Virus record (IMG/VR): IMGVR_UViG_3300022863_000016
Location: 1 to 40,758 of that record
DNA from: a virus
Lineage: Duplodnaviria > Caudoviricetes
Length of the DNA: 40,758 nucleotides
Strand: one strand, 5' to 3'
In this document: positions 25,462 to 35,103 of the stretch, piece after piece
Layout: every line of letters starts with the position of its first letter
Numbering within the stretch: position 1 is the first letter of the stretch
Made by a program: the position numbers and the translations under genes
The notes under the pieces: generated by a model
What the model saw: only the letters and a program-made list of their open reading frames with translations
Databases searched by the model: none
Told to the model about the DNA's origin: nothing

Positions 25462-25607
25462 TGGTAAATTGCAATCATTGCCGACACTATCCAGGCAAAT
25501 GCTGGGGCAATTTCAGAGGGTGTAATATGTTCAAACCGCATGATTGCAAGATGCTTTTGGTCTTCTTGGCCATTGCCCTAGTGCTTGCAGTTTTTGCTTG
25601 GTTCTGA
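25461..25607 (+). CDS. small Cys-rich membrane protein (48 aa, not in ORF track)
   Basis: AAGGAG RBS, TAATG overlap; MVNCNHCRHYPGKC...LLVFLAIALVLAVFAWF. Confidence 0.5.
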   Translation: MVNCNHCRHYPGKCWGNFRGCNMFKPHDCKMLLVFLAIALVLAVFAWF

Positions 25608-25611
25608 AACT

Positions 25612-25648
25612 AAAAAAGGCCCCTAGCTACCGAAGTAGACTAGGGGCC
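25612..25648 (-). terminator. terminator of the late (minus-strand) operon
   Basis: Minus strand GGCCCCTAG..CTAC-TTCG-GTAG-CTAGGGGCC followed by TTTTTT. Confidence 0.85.
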
Positions 25649-25678
25649 AGTCATCCAAACCGCTGAGCTACGGCTGGT

Positions 25679-26080
25679 TCATTGATGCGTTGAGGTTGTC
25701 CCTGAAAAGAAGTGGGTAACCATAAAAGTAGCAAGACCAGATACAACCCCACCAATTACAGCTCCAATTGACGCAGCTACTCCAAGCAGCGCATTCATAC
25801 CGCCCTTAACCTGAGCGTGTGTTAGTTCTAATTCTCCCGCTCTTTTATCGATGCTCTCGACTTTTGCCAAGATTGTTTTTGTACTTTCCAGTGTTGCCGT
25901 GCTAGTTGTTGATAACTTAGCTATGTCGACGTTTACTTGGTTCAGCGCTGTTTCTGTCCTTCCAACAGCTTTCCACACATTGCTGATGTTTGACTCGTTG
26001 GAGTCGCCTCGTTGTTCAAGTTTCGAGATTCGTTCAGCGTGTTCTCTCGCCAAAGTTTCAGCTGTTTCCGTACCAGGCAT
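25679..26080 (-). CDS. coiled-coil protein with C-terminal TM (lysis-associated)
   Basis: Heptad-rich N-terminus, hydrophobic Gly/Ala C-terminus; last gene of the lysis cassette. Confidence 0.7.
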   Translation of the reverse strand: MPGTETAETLAREHAERISKLEQRGDSNESNISNVWKAVGRTETALNQVNVDIAKLSTTSTATLESTKTILAKVESIDKRAGELELTHAQVKGGMNALLGVAASIGAVIGGVVSGLATFMVTHFFSGTTSTHQ

Positions 26081-26152
26081 TTTTGCATTCCCCATACACG
26101 CATGCAATGAAAGTAGACAGTAGGGAACTTAATGCCCCCAACTGCCAGAATT

Positions 26153-26263
26153 TTATTTGCCGTTAATGGTCGTGCCGACTTGCTGAGAGAGCTTGGCCCA
26201 GTCAGTACTGGGCTGAGCACATCCCGCTACAGCCAGGAGTAGGACGAGAGTAAGGACTCTCAT
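26153..26263 (-). CDS. small lipoprotein, o-spanin (Rz1-like) candidate (36 aa, not in ORF track)
   Basis: MRVLTLVLLLAVAG|CAQPSTDWAKLSQQVGTTINGK; lipobox VAGC; TAATG overlap. Confidence 0.6.
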   Translation of the reverse strand: MRVLTLVLLLAVAGCAQPSTDWAKLSQQVGTTINGK

Positions 26264-26799
26264 TATGACGCCTGAGTTTGAACCGAGGCCTGGACCGGAA
26301 CAACCTTTGTAACAGCCTGGATCATGTTCGCAGCGGTGATAGCAGCTGTGGTGACAGCCGTCACTGAAGCTGAACTATGGACAACGGCCGTAACGCCAGC
26401 AGCGATAGCGGCTGTGTCATTGACCAGATCGCCATTTCCAGCCGCCTGTGACGCTTTCAGAGCGGCGCCAGAAGCGTTCATGGCCGCCACTGAGGCTTCA
26501 GCAATGGCCATAGCCTTATTGATGACTGTCAGGGCTTCACCAACAGCAACACCAGCTGCTGGGTTTCCTGTCGCAGCCACAGTGGCCATGACACCGATTT
26601 CACTGATGATCGGGGCGGCCGCTGTCAGACCAGCCGCGATCTTCGTTTCGTTGTCGGCGCCCCACTTGATCAGCGCAGCGAGTTCGTGTTCGCCGAGCTG
26701 AATGCGGGTGATGGCTTTCGCGATCACGGTATTGACGTCGACCTTAATGACGCCGAATTCAGTTTCAATGGAGTGCAGGGGGTTTGTCCAAAAGCTCAT
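26263..26799 (-). CDS. Ala-rich hypothetical protein in the lysis cassette
   Basis: 178 aa; coupled to both neighbours. Confidence 0.75.
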   Translation of the reverse strand: MSFWTNPLHSIETEFGVIKVDVNTVIAKAITRIQLGEHELAALIKWGADNETKIAAGLTAAAPIISEIGVMATVAATGNPAAGVAVGEALTVINKAMAIAEASVAAMNASGAALKASQAAGNGDLVNDTAAIAAGVTAVVHSSASVTAVTTAAITAANMIQAVTKVVPVQASVQTQAS

Positions 26800-27026
26800 T
26801 ACTTCTTTCCTTCTTCGGGGATGGGACGAGTGACCTTGGAACCTTCATTCAGAAGTACCAAGGTTAGTGAGACAATGGCCAAAATGACCTGAGTCAGTGC
26901 GCCATTGAATTGCGCTGAGAACTGCAAATGCAGCTGGCCAGCAACCCACAGGAGAATGCCACCGATGGTGGAAGGCTCCTGCAGTTTCTTGAAAATATAG
27001 TCTTTGGCGACAGTCGGAATGTTCAT
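26799..27026 (-). CDS. putative holin (2 TM)
   Basis: GAGGAG RBS; KLQEPST then two hydrophobic helices and a charged C-tail. Confidence 0.65.
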   Translation of the reverse strand: MNIPTVAKDYIFKKLQEPSTIGGILLWVAGQLHLQFSAQFNGALTQVILAIVSLTLVLLNEGSKVTRPIPEEGKK

Positions 27027-27039
27027 GCTGTTCTCCTCT

Positions 27040-27483
27040 TTAGATTTGCATCTTTTTGAAATAGACGGCCCAATGCTCTGCAGTGTTGCCACGTTTGGCA
27101 TACTGCAGTACTGAGGCAGGGCGTTCCCAGTAGCGACAGGCCGCATAGCCAGCTTCATAGGCTGTTTTTGCGGCCATGATGTGAGTTAAAGCAACTCGCT
27201 CCGTATGTTTGAGTTCCCACAGAGCTGCTTTAAGTTGATCTTCCAGTGGAGGAAGCTTTCTCAGGTCAACTCCACAGCCTTTCTCAATGGCATCGCTACG
27301 AGAGCCATGCCATTGGTCTAGACCAAAAGCTTGGTCATGATCACCAATGGCCTTGGTGTTGAGTGAGGATTCAGCATCGGCCTGCGCCAGAAGCCCGCAA
27401 GCTTGGGCCGAAGTGAAGCCTGGAACAGCCATCCAGAATTTGTAGATTGTAGCGGCCGTTTGATAGTAGGCACTGGGCAGCAT
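27040..27483 (-). CDS. phage tail-type lysozyme (Phage_lysozyme2-like)
   Basis: GLLAQADAESSLN, AFGLDQW..SR, QL....WEL, YWERPA. Confidence 0.8.
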   Translation of the reverse strand: MLPSAYYQTAATIYKFWMAVPGFTSAQACGLLAQADAESSLNTKAIGDHDQAFGLDQWHGSRSDAIEKGCGVDLRKLPPLEDQLKAALWELKHTERVALTHIMAAKTAYEAGYAACRYWERPASVLQYAKRGNTAEHWAVYFKKMQI

Positions 27484-27486
27484 TGT

Positions 27487-28038
27487 TTATCCTTCCTTCA
27501 TGTAGGCTTTGATGCGAACGAGCATGTCCGCCTTGTCGACATTCTTGCCTGGGCAGTCATGGTGATCTTTAATGCACTCTTTGTGGAAGTGCAAAGTATC
27601 AGGGTCGATGCCAAGAGCCTTGTGCAGAATGGCCATTGCAGCCACTGCGTTGTCTCTGACCTTGGCCCCATTTCCGCTGGTAAAAGACTCTGTTGAGTAG
27701 TCACCAACCATTTCCACGCCGATAGAGACACTATTGTAGCAAGAGGCATGGACGCCATTGGCTGTCAGATCACAGGCCTCCCAAATGAGGTCTGGAGCGA
27801 TAAACAAGTGTGGACCAGAGTGCCACCCTTGATCATTCTGGTAGTAGTGGTTGAGGTTACGAATGCGGTGTTCACCCGCAACCTCTCCAAGACCAGAGTA
27901 AACCCACTGAACCAAGTTTGGCTCAGCTGTATTGTGTAACACAATGAACTGAGGTTTCCACTTAGTCCAGTGCAGTGAACCTACGTGCTTCTTGAATGAA
28001 GACGGGTTATAACTATTCGGCGTTGATAGGAAGCTCAT
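27487..28038 (-). CDS. N-acetylmuramoyl-L-alanine amidase (Amidase_2) endolysin
   Basis: IVLHNTA, GPHLFI, HA...NSVSIGVEMVG, HKE...DCPG zinc ligands. Confidence 0.9.
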   Translation of the reverse strand: MSFLSTPNSYNPSSFKKHVGSLHWTKWKPQFIVLHNTAEPNLVQWVYSGLGEVAGEHRIRNLNHYYQNDQGWHSGPHLFIAPDLIWEACDLTANGVHASCYNSVSIGVEMVGDYSTESFTSGNGAKVRDNAVAAMAILHKALGIDPDTLHFHKECIKDHHDCPGKNVDKADMLVRIKAYMKEG

Positions 28039-28043
28039 GGTCT

Positions 28044-28388
28044 TTACAACCTTTCCACTGTTACTCTGCCGACACCCGCTTTTGTCAGGCCGATAGCTGA
28101 AGCTGCACCACGAGAGAGGTCCAAAGACCTGCCAGTATAGGCGGCAGGTCCTCGGTCAGTTATTCTCACAATAGTACAGCTTTTAAAGCAGACCTTAAGT
28201 CGTGTTCCAAATGGAAGTGATCGGTGAGCCGCCGTTAATGCAACTGGGTTAAATCTCTCGCCATTGGCTGTGTGCTTGTTAAGATACTCTCCTTTAGCTC
28301 CATACCAGCTAGCTTGAACGGTTTCAGCCAAAGAAGGGCTAGTGAAAAGCAACGCAACAATCAGCGCTGCGGCCTTGTTAGGTCGCAT
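28044..28388 (-). CDS. RlpA-like double-psi beta-barrel lytic transglycosylase with signal peptide
   Basis: ASWYG, TANGE, TAAHRSLPFGT, ITDRGP, RSLDLS; N-terminal signal peptide. Confidence 0.9.
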   Translation of the reverse strand: MRPNKAAALIVALLFTSPSLAETVQASWYGAKGEYLNKHTANGERFNPVALTAAHRSLPFGTRLKVCFKSCTIVRITDRGPAAYTGRSLDLSRGAASAIGLTKAGVGRVTVERL

Positions 28389-28399
28389 TAGATTTCCTT

Positions 28400-28816
28400 T
28401 CATGAGTATGGTTGGTTTGCGAGAATAGCTGTGGCTCGTGCTTGCGTCAGTATTCCGATAGAAACAAGGTAATTAACGCCTGCAATAACTTCAGGATTGT
28501 TCAAATCAAGTAGACCTGCACCAGCTCCTTTCATAATGAAGATTTTTATATTAACGTCCGTGGAACCAATGGCAGCAACCTGCTCAGCTTGAGTAAACAA
28601 TTCCATAAACTGCAGGAAAGATATGCTCGTTTTTGGTGGTGGCATATTTTCAATCAAAGCTTGAGCTTGGATCGCTTGGGCCTGGCTGACGGACACAGTT
28701 GCCCAACTAACATCTGGCAATGGCAATCCTTGCATCTTAGCATTGACTTGGTCTTGCGCAGATAGAAAATGCAGCCCACCAGTTGTGTCTGTGTAGTATT
28801 GATCAACGTAGTCCAT
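28400..28816 (-). CDS. tail fibre assembly-like protein
   Basis: Directly downstream of the fibre gene; GAGG RBS. Confidence 0.55.
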   Translation of the reverse strand: MDYVDQYYTDTTGGLHFLSAQDQVNAKMQGLPLPDVSWATVSVSQAQAIQAQALIENMPPPKTSISFLQFMELFTQAEQVAAIGSTDVNIKIFIMKGAGAGLLDLNNPEVIAGVNYLVSIGILTQARATAILANQPYS

Positions 28817-28827
28817 AACATACCTCT

Positions 28828-30462
28828 TTAGCGAAGTTCGGTCCAGATAGTTGAACCAATAGCTCCAGCAGCTACAATGGAATAACTATTCCCAGGCGGA
28901 ATAATAAGCGTTATATTAATAGTCCAGTTTCCCGTTGATTGATCATAAACCCCGCTATTTGCTATTGTCATACCATTCACATAACCTGTGAGCGCTATGT
29001 TATTAGTTGCAACAGAAGCCGAAGCACTACAACACACCATTATAGGACGCCCAGTGGTATTGTAGTAGACTGTAGAATAAGCATTGGCTGTGGTTTGCCA
29101 TGTTTGGCCATAACCAATTGATTGTATAGCGGCCATTGCAACACCGCCGCCACCTTGCACAAGAGTTGGGGCAGTTGACCAAGCGCCTGGTGTAGTTTCA
29201 GCGATAACAACGTAGCCAATAACTCTGAATGGAGAGTTTGTCGACACTGCCGACGCTGAGTATATGGTCGTTGCAGAAGAGGCACCAGCACTAATGGTGG
29301 TAGGACTAATAAGTGTGGTTTCATCAAGATTTGGGCCACCATTCATATTAGCGCAGCATAAGACTGGTGATCCACCATTATATGCAACAAGCAGTGCTAT
29401 GCTTGTTGGATTACCCGATAGCATTCCAAGTGTGGCTCCAGATGGAACCACCAATGAAAGAGCTCCCATGCCTTTGATTACTGGAACGCCACTGGTCAGT
29501 GAGGCATTACGAAAAGCCATCGCAGGCGTACCAGCAAAACCTAAAGTCAAGGCATTACTGGCAACGCTAGCTGAAATGGAATTCATGGAAATGGCGGGAG
29601 TAAACCCAAGCCCACTTGAAGCTATGGCTGTCCATTTGGTTGATGATACACGCGTTAGAACAACACCGGCGTAGGCATAGTTCAAAACATAGGATGCACC
29701 GCCATTAATGGTATCTGAACCACTGCGATTAAGAGTGATGGTATTTGTTGTAGAACAGTTGCCGCTTTCATCGAATATGAAGATAGATTGACCAACATTC
29801 AATGTTGAAGCGGCGGGCAAAGTACCAGTACGCGCCGCTGTAATTGAAGTCCAAACAACAGACTCCATAGCGTTGGTGATGATTTGGTTGGCATCAGCCA
29901 CGACAGTTGCTTGGTCAATGTTCAAACTCACTCTCTGTGCCAATACTGAAGCAGAGTTAAGTAGAGCACGACCAACTGCTGTTGAGTCTGAAATCTGAGT
30001 TGAAAGTATCTGTGTCAGAGAACCATCAAACTTATCCCAAGCAGTTCCGTCAAAGGCAATCAGATCATTAACAGCCCATGATGAACAGCCGTCAATCAAT
30101 GTCGTACCAAGTGTGCCTACCTTATAGTAGTAGCCCTTGGTTCCCACTCCAGAAGCTAGAGCAGGATTGTTGGTTGAAGCGTTCCAAGTTCCCTGGTAGT
30201 TCATACCACCAACAGCAGCGGCTGTAAGTTGAGAGGCAGGCAACTTGCCTGCTCCATCAAGCGTCGCAAGACCATTGGCAAAACCTGGAGCCGCAGCAGG
30301 TAAACCAAGAGCTGTAAACCAAGCTGCTTGTGTTGCACCAGACAATAACCCCGATGAATACGTCGAGATATTGCCCGAAGGATAGCACTGCGCAAACAGT
30401 GCTGTCCATTGATTGGCTGTCACAATTGTGCCAGTGCCATAACCGAAGGTAACGCCAGTCAT
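28828..30462 (-). CDS. tail fibre / receptor-binding protein
   Basis: ATLDGAGKLP, YQGTWNAS module, IGYGQTWQ...YYNTTGRPI...WTELR fibre C-terminus. Confidence 0.8.
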   Translation of the reverse strand: MTGVTFGYGTGTIVTANQWTALFAQCYPSGNISTYSSGLLSGATQAAWFTALGLPAAAPGFANGLATLDGAGKLPASQLTAAAVGGMNYQGTWNASTNNPALASGVGTKGYYYKVGTLGTTLIDGCSSWAVNDLIAFDGTAWDKFDGSLTQILSTQISDSTAVGRALLNSASVLAQRVSLNIDQATVVADANQIITNAMESVVWTSITAARTGTLPAASTLNVGQSIFIFDESGNCSTTNTITLNRSGSDTINGGASYVLNYAYAGVVLTRVSSTKWTAIASSGLGFTPAISMNSISASVASNALTLGFAGTPAMAFRNASLTSGVPVIKGMGALSLVVPSGATLGMLSGNPTSIALLVAYNGGSPVLCCANMNGGPNLDETTLISPTTISAGASSATTIYSASAVSTNSPFRVIGYVVIAETTPGAWSTAPTLVQGGGGVAMAAIQSIGYGQTWQTTANAYSTVYYNTTGRPIMVCCSASASVATNNIALTGYVNGMTIANSGVYDQSTGNWTINITLIIPPGNSYSIVAAGAIGSTIWTELR

Positions 30463-30490
30463 TTTATCACCATTTCTATCTCAAGAAGGT

Positions 30491-32446
30491 TTAGAGTATC
30501 TGACCACCAGTCGTAGTTATACCGGCAACACTTCCAGGCCAAATCGATGCTTGACCGTTTGAGTTAATAACGCCATTCAAAGAGATGTTGTAGCGATAGC
30601 CACTGGCGTTTGAACCGTTGTTGATGGCAGAATAGTAACCAGTTATCAGTCCACCACCACTTACGGCCGCAAAACCACCTGCGAATGACACGACCGCATT
30701 AACGTTCAAGATAGGCGAACCAATCACAACAATGGAGTTCGCATTTGGCGACACGTGAGCCGCGGCACTTCCTGAGATATTTATAAAAGCAGAGGAATAA
30801 GCTGAGCCACTCGTTGATCCAAGGATATTGACAGTGGCACCACCTTCACCGTGTATATGATACCAGCTACAGGCTCCAAATTCAATATTGTAGATTGACA
30901 CATTACAGGATGACGAACGTAAGCCAGAACCATAATGAGGTGAAGCACCGTTTGCGGCGGAGGCTACTTTAATGCCTTGCAACAAATAGCCACTGTGACT
31001 GATCCAGATAGCTTCTCCAGTTGTTGCGCTGATAAAGCAGTTAGCAGGTGTTGTCAGATTACCTGAGATGATAACTGATCCAGAACCGTTAAGAGGCACT
31101 GAAGTAAAAGGAGCATACGTGCCAGTGGCCAAGTTAATGGTAACGTTATAACCATTCATGTTGTAGCCAGCAGTGGCAGTTAGAGCACGCTGGATTGTTT
31201 GAAATGCAGTGCCAGCGGTCAAGCCATTGTTGGTGTCAAGGCCTGTTGATGGATTAACATAGTAGTTGAGAGGAGCATTCAGTGTTGGGAAAGGTAAAGC
31301 TGCTGTAAGATTAGCGACTAACTGCGCCCAAGACTGCACGCGATGGTGCCCGTCAGCTTGCGAATAAAAAGACCAGAGATCGATTGGAGCTACAGCTGGT
31401 TCAACAGTCAGTGATGGGTAGTTCAGCGCAACGACAGCTGAACCATTGACATTAACACCTTCGCCACTTGAAGCGGTAAGAGAGCCAACCGCTGTTGATA
31501 CAGGAGCATCCATCCACCGCCAAACAGTTCCATCAAACTTAAGGCCAATCAAGACACCTGCATTCATAACCACAGTGCTGGACAGAGCAGAACCATCCAC
31601 AGTCGTTACAGTGGTAGCTGAAGCTCCATTGATAGTGATGGTAACGCCACTTGTTGATGTTACAAGCTTCTTAAACCATACTTCGAAGCCTGCTGTAATA
31701 GATGCAGGCACAGGACTAAGAGTCACATTGATGGCATTAGCTGTACCAATATCCACACCCCAGGCGTAGGTTCCGCCTTGGACCCATGATGGGAGCAGAG
31801 GAAGCTTGGCTGGGATGAAAGGAGCGGCTGAGTATTGGCTGATCTGTGTTAACGTAAGCTGAGTAGCTCCATTAGCTACAGTCACGACATATAGACCAAC
31901 GTAACCAGCAGTTGGTGTGGGGGTTGTTTGAGAACCGGCAGTTGCCGCCGTTCCAGCCAACGCTGACAGAACAACTGTGCTTTGACGAACAGTTGGTTGT
32001 GAAACACCAGAACCCGCTGGGCCAGAGAAAGGAACCAAAGGGGAGGCTGAATTAAAGTAGCTCAAAGCCACGGCGTTGGTGTCGATTTCAACAAGCTGAG
32101 CTTGGATCAGGTAGTTAATAGCCTGACCAGATGTGCCTGGAGGAGTCAGTGTTAATGATGTATATCCAAGGATGATACCTTGTTTGATGATCTGATCAAC
32201 GGTGTCTGTGCCAAGTGTACCGTAGGCAACATTGTCAACGGCCGTTTGTGAGTAGATAGAACCAGGACCAACCTGAACGCTCAGAGAAGCTGGCACTGTC
32301 GGAATGCAGCTAAAACCATCAACGATGGTTCCTGTTCCCAGAATAGCCTGCGCAAGGTAACCCAAGGCGATTACCTTAGCACGCTCAGCTGTGAGAAACA
32401 TGGTGTCAGTGGGCTGCTCAGATGGGTAGAAAAATTCGCGATCCAT
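30491..32446 (-). CDS. baseplate-attached tail fibre / tailspike
   Basis: N-terminal baseplate anchor; YYVNPSTGLDTNNGL..AFQTIQRA..GTY start of a parallel beta-helix. Confidence 0.8.
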   Translation of the reverse strand: MDREFFYPSEQPTDTMFLTAERAKVIALGYLAQAILGTGTIVDGFSCIPTVPASLSVQVGPGSIYSQTAVDNVAYGTLGTDTVDQIIKQGIILGYTSLTLTPPGTSGQAINYLIQAQLVEIDTNAVALSYFNSASPLVPFSGPAGSGVSQPTVRQSTVVLSALAGTAATAGSQTTPTPTAGYVGLYVVTVANGATQLTLTQISQYSAAPFIPAKLPLLPSWVQGGTYAWGVDIGTANAINVTLSPVPASITAGFEVWFKKLVTSTSGVTITINGASATTVTTVDGSALSSTVVMNAGVLIGLKFDGTVWRWMDAPVSTAVGSLTASSGEGVNVNGSAVVALNYPSLTVEPAVAPIDLWSFYSQADGHHRVQSWAQLVANLTAALPFPTLNAPLNYYVNPSTGLDTNNGLTAGTAFQTIQRALTATAGYNMNGYNVTINLATGTYAPFTSVPLNGSGSVIISGNLTTPANCFISATTGEAIWISHSGYLLQGIKVASAANGASPHYGSGLRSSSCNVSIYNIEFGACSWYHIHGEGGATVNILGSTSGSAYSSAFINISGSAAAHVSPNANSIVVIGSPILNVNAVVSFAGGFAAVSGGGLITGYYSAINNGSNASGYRYNISLNGVINSNGQASIWPGSVAGITTTGGQIL

Positions 32447-32466
32447 TTGTAAGTCCTTTAAGGCAG

Positions 32467-33243
32467 CTAGTTTAGAGGTGAGACACCAATTGCGAATGTA
32501 CTACCAATACGGTAATATGTTGGAGGTACGGGTATGATACGGGCCCAGCAAGTCACACCAGCTGCTCTATTTGCATTAATGGTGTCATAGATGTTTTGGC
32601 TTGTTACAGTTCCAGTTATCAGTGCTGCATCTGACAAGCCAAAGTAACTTGTGCCAAAACCAGATTGTGTGTTGTTTAGCCCCGACATATTAGGAACGCC
32701 AGAGCCATAAGGATTTACAATGGTAATGAACATTGTAAATGGAAGACCGCTAGAACCTATGAATGAAGTTGGTTCGTTAAGTGCCCATGTTTTACCAAAA
32801 CCGCCTGTGTCATTTGCATTCCAAGGTTCAAGAATAGTAACGCCGTTCCCTGTTAGGTCAGTTACAGCCTTTGCAATATTTTGTCGAGTTACGCGTCTGC
32901 GAAAAATCTCATTTCTGATAGTTTGACTAAAAACTGCGTCAAGTTCATTGGGCAGACGCTGCACACGAAGACCAAAGAAGTCGTAGGCCGCAAGATCAAG
33001 CCAAAAACCAGTAGCTGTTGCCAATCGAGTCTGGGTCGCAGCATAGACGATTAGCGAATATGCATTAGCTAAAGAGTCTCCGATACCTCCAAGAACAGCG
33101 TCTCTAAGAGGAGCTGTATATGAAAACCATCGACTTGGTAAGAGACTCTTTAGCCTTGACAGCAGGTTAGATGAACTTCCAACTATTACCTCATTAGCTT
33201 GTGCAAAGTCAGTAGAAAAATCTGAGTTGAAGTCACCAGTCAT
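32467..33243 (-). CDS. baseplate wedge protein (gpI-like)
   Basis: TATGFWLD..AYDFFG..R..E.D..F; follows gpJ. Confidence 0.75.
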   Translation of the reverse strand: MTGDFNSDFSTDFAQANEVIVGSSSNLLSRLKSLLPSRWFSYTAPLRDAVLGGIGDSLANAYSLIVYAATQTRLATATGFWLDLAAYDFFGLRVQRLPNELDAVFSQTIRNEIFRRRVTRQNIAKAVTDLTGNGVTILEPWNANDTGGFGKTWALNEPTSFIGSSGLPFTMFITIVNPYGSGVPNMSGLNNTQSGFGTSYFGLSDAALITGTVTSQNIYDTINANRAAGVTCWARIIPVPPTYYRIGSTFAIGVSPLN

Positions 33244-33267
33244 TGCGGCACTCTTACACCCATATTG

Positions 33268-33960
33268 TTAGTAGACCCATGAATAGGTCGTGCCGTTATA
33301 TGTGCACGACACTGGCCATTGGCCCGTTCCTGTTGAAGACACGGCAAGATGATAGGTCGGCGCCGTCACGCCATTGTTGATGAAACGCTGGTCGCCAACG
33401 GCGACCGAACCCGTCCCGCTCGCGGCCACCGTCGGCATGGTGTTCGTGGGTGGCTTCTTGAACATATAGGCGGCGGTCGACACGTTCTGCGAGCCGGTCG
33501 AGGCGTTGGCGGTGTTGAACTGATTGGAAAGAAATGTCCATTCATAGCCGGCGTTTGCCGGATTTCCCGTGCTGAAAACGCTCAAGGCCTTGTAGGTATT
33601 CCCCGTCAGGCCGGTGCCGGAGTTCACGTGGCGGTCGACGCGAAAGGTTTCCTGGCTATCGAAAGACCCTGGCTGGTTCCAGACGAACCAATGGCCGCCA
33701 TCGAGGCCGGGAACGCCCGTGCCTTCGACGTTCGATGACAAATTGGGAAACTCCGGGGCCGTGATCGCCCCGTTCACCGTCACAGTGCCAGAAAATATGT
33801 TTGTTCCAGTCCAAGTGTTATTGCCACTAAGAGAACCGTAAAGAGCGAATATTCCAATAATTGATGAAAGAACACCAGCCAGAACAGTAGCTGTGACCTT
33901 GCCAGAATAATTGGTGGTTATCTGAGCATTGACTTGGTTTTGTGCATCATTCGGTGTCAT
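33268..33960 (-). CDS. mosaic virion/tail-associated protein
   Basis: 230 aa, GAGGA RBS; GC-rich internal block. Confidence 0.6.
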   Translation of the reverse strand: MTPNDAQNQVNAQITTNYSGKVTATVLAGVLSSIIGIFALYGSLSGNNTWTGTNIFSGTVTVNGAITAPEFPNLSSNVEGTGVPGLDGGHWFVWNQPGSFDSQETFRVDRHVNSGTGLTGNTYKALSVFSTGNPANAGYEWTFLSNQFNTANASTGSQNVSTAAYMFKKPPTNTMPTVAASGTGSVAVGDQRFINNGVTAPTYHLAVSSTGTGQWPVSCTYNGTTYSWVY

Positions 33961-33973
33961 ATTATTTCCTCTA

Positions 33974-35098
33974 TCAGGAGATGCTAAGCGATTTTAGCTT
34001 TATTACATTTCTCGGCGTCGCGACCAGATCAAAGGTTGTTCCATTTAGTGCTACAGTAGCATTAGTTACGCCTTGGACAGACCAAACGACTGAACTTATT
34101 TGGGAATAAGGCAGACTGTTACCGAGAGGCAGTGTGTTGACGAAAACCGTAATAGCCGCGGTTACTAGAGCTATGACGTTATTGTGATCGTATCCTGGAG
34201 CCGTAACAATGGTGATGGCTATATTGGCGCTAAGAACAACCGGAGCAAATACACCGACGCTGATTGACCCTGCTCTTGCACTATTTGCGACCACAGCTGC
34301 TTGGCTAATAACTGTTGATGAAGGGTAACCAGAACCATCATCGACAGTTATGCAGAGAAAACCTGGCTGACTAACAAAAGCTGCCGTTAGGTTTTCCATG
34401 ACTGTTGATTGCATGCCCAGCTTTAATGAAGCAATAGCATACTGAATAGCAGCTACTGTTCCTTCAGACAGTGATGCTATATATGCCCAAAAGCGTGCTC
34501 TGAAGGCTGCGTCTGTCTCCGATGATATACCACCGGTAAATTGACTGGTATTAACTACATTATCAACACCCGTTATTGGTGTCGTCATCTGCGTGACGGC
34601 TCCCGCCAGCACATTGCCTCCAGCTCCAGGAGTAACGGCAGTAACCAAAACAGTTATTGAAGCAACCATTGCAGGTAGAGTAAATCCACCCAAGATAGAT
34701 GAATAGAATGGGTTAGAGGTATCAGCTGTAACGCTAAAGCTCTGTATGCCGTCATTCGACAGCACAGTAGCGCCGACAGGAATAAACGGAGTAGAAGAAC
34801 TTGGTGACAGACGCGTATATGTTACAGAGCCAGTAGCATATGTGTTACCAAGACGATAGAAATAAAAGTCGGCGTAGAAAGAGTCGAGATCACTTCCCTG
34901 TGAAGTAGCTGCGCGTGTTGTGGTAAGAACCTGCAAGATAAAGCCTTGCATCCAAAGCAGAACACCCGCAACGCTTTCAGAAATAGCTCTTAGAACTGAG
35001 CCTTCCTTAAAGTCACATAGAACTGCTGCTCTTCCTTGGATGCCTGCCGCGATTGTCTGGACAAGGGCCGTGAGTGATTGAACTGGTAAGTTAGCCAT
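33974..35098 (-). CDS. baseplate J-like protein
   Basis: GSVLRA, A.TPGAGGN, GG...ETDAAFRAR, VDDGSG. Confidence 0.9.
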   Translation of the reverse strand: MANLPVQSLTALVQTIAAGIQGRAAVLCDFKEGSVLRAISESVAGVLLWMQGFILQVLTTTRAATSQGSDLDSFYADFYFYRLGNTYATGSVTYTRLSPSSSTPFIPVGATVLSNDGIQSFSVTADTSNPFYSSILGGFTLPAMVASITVLVTAVTPGAGGNVLAGAVTQMTTPITGVDNVVNTSQFTGGISSETDAAFRARFWAYIASLSEGTVAAIQYAIASLKLGMQSTVMENLTAAFVSQPGFLCITVDDGSGYPSSTVISQAAVVANSARAGSISVGVFAPVVLSANIAITIVTAPGYDHNNVIALVTAAITVFVNTLPLGNSLPYSQISSVVWSVQGVTNATVALNGTTFDLVATPRNVIKLKSLSIS

Positions 35099-35103
35099 TG
35101 GCC

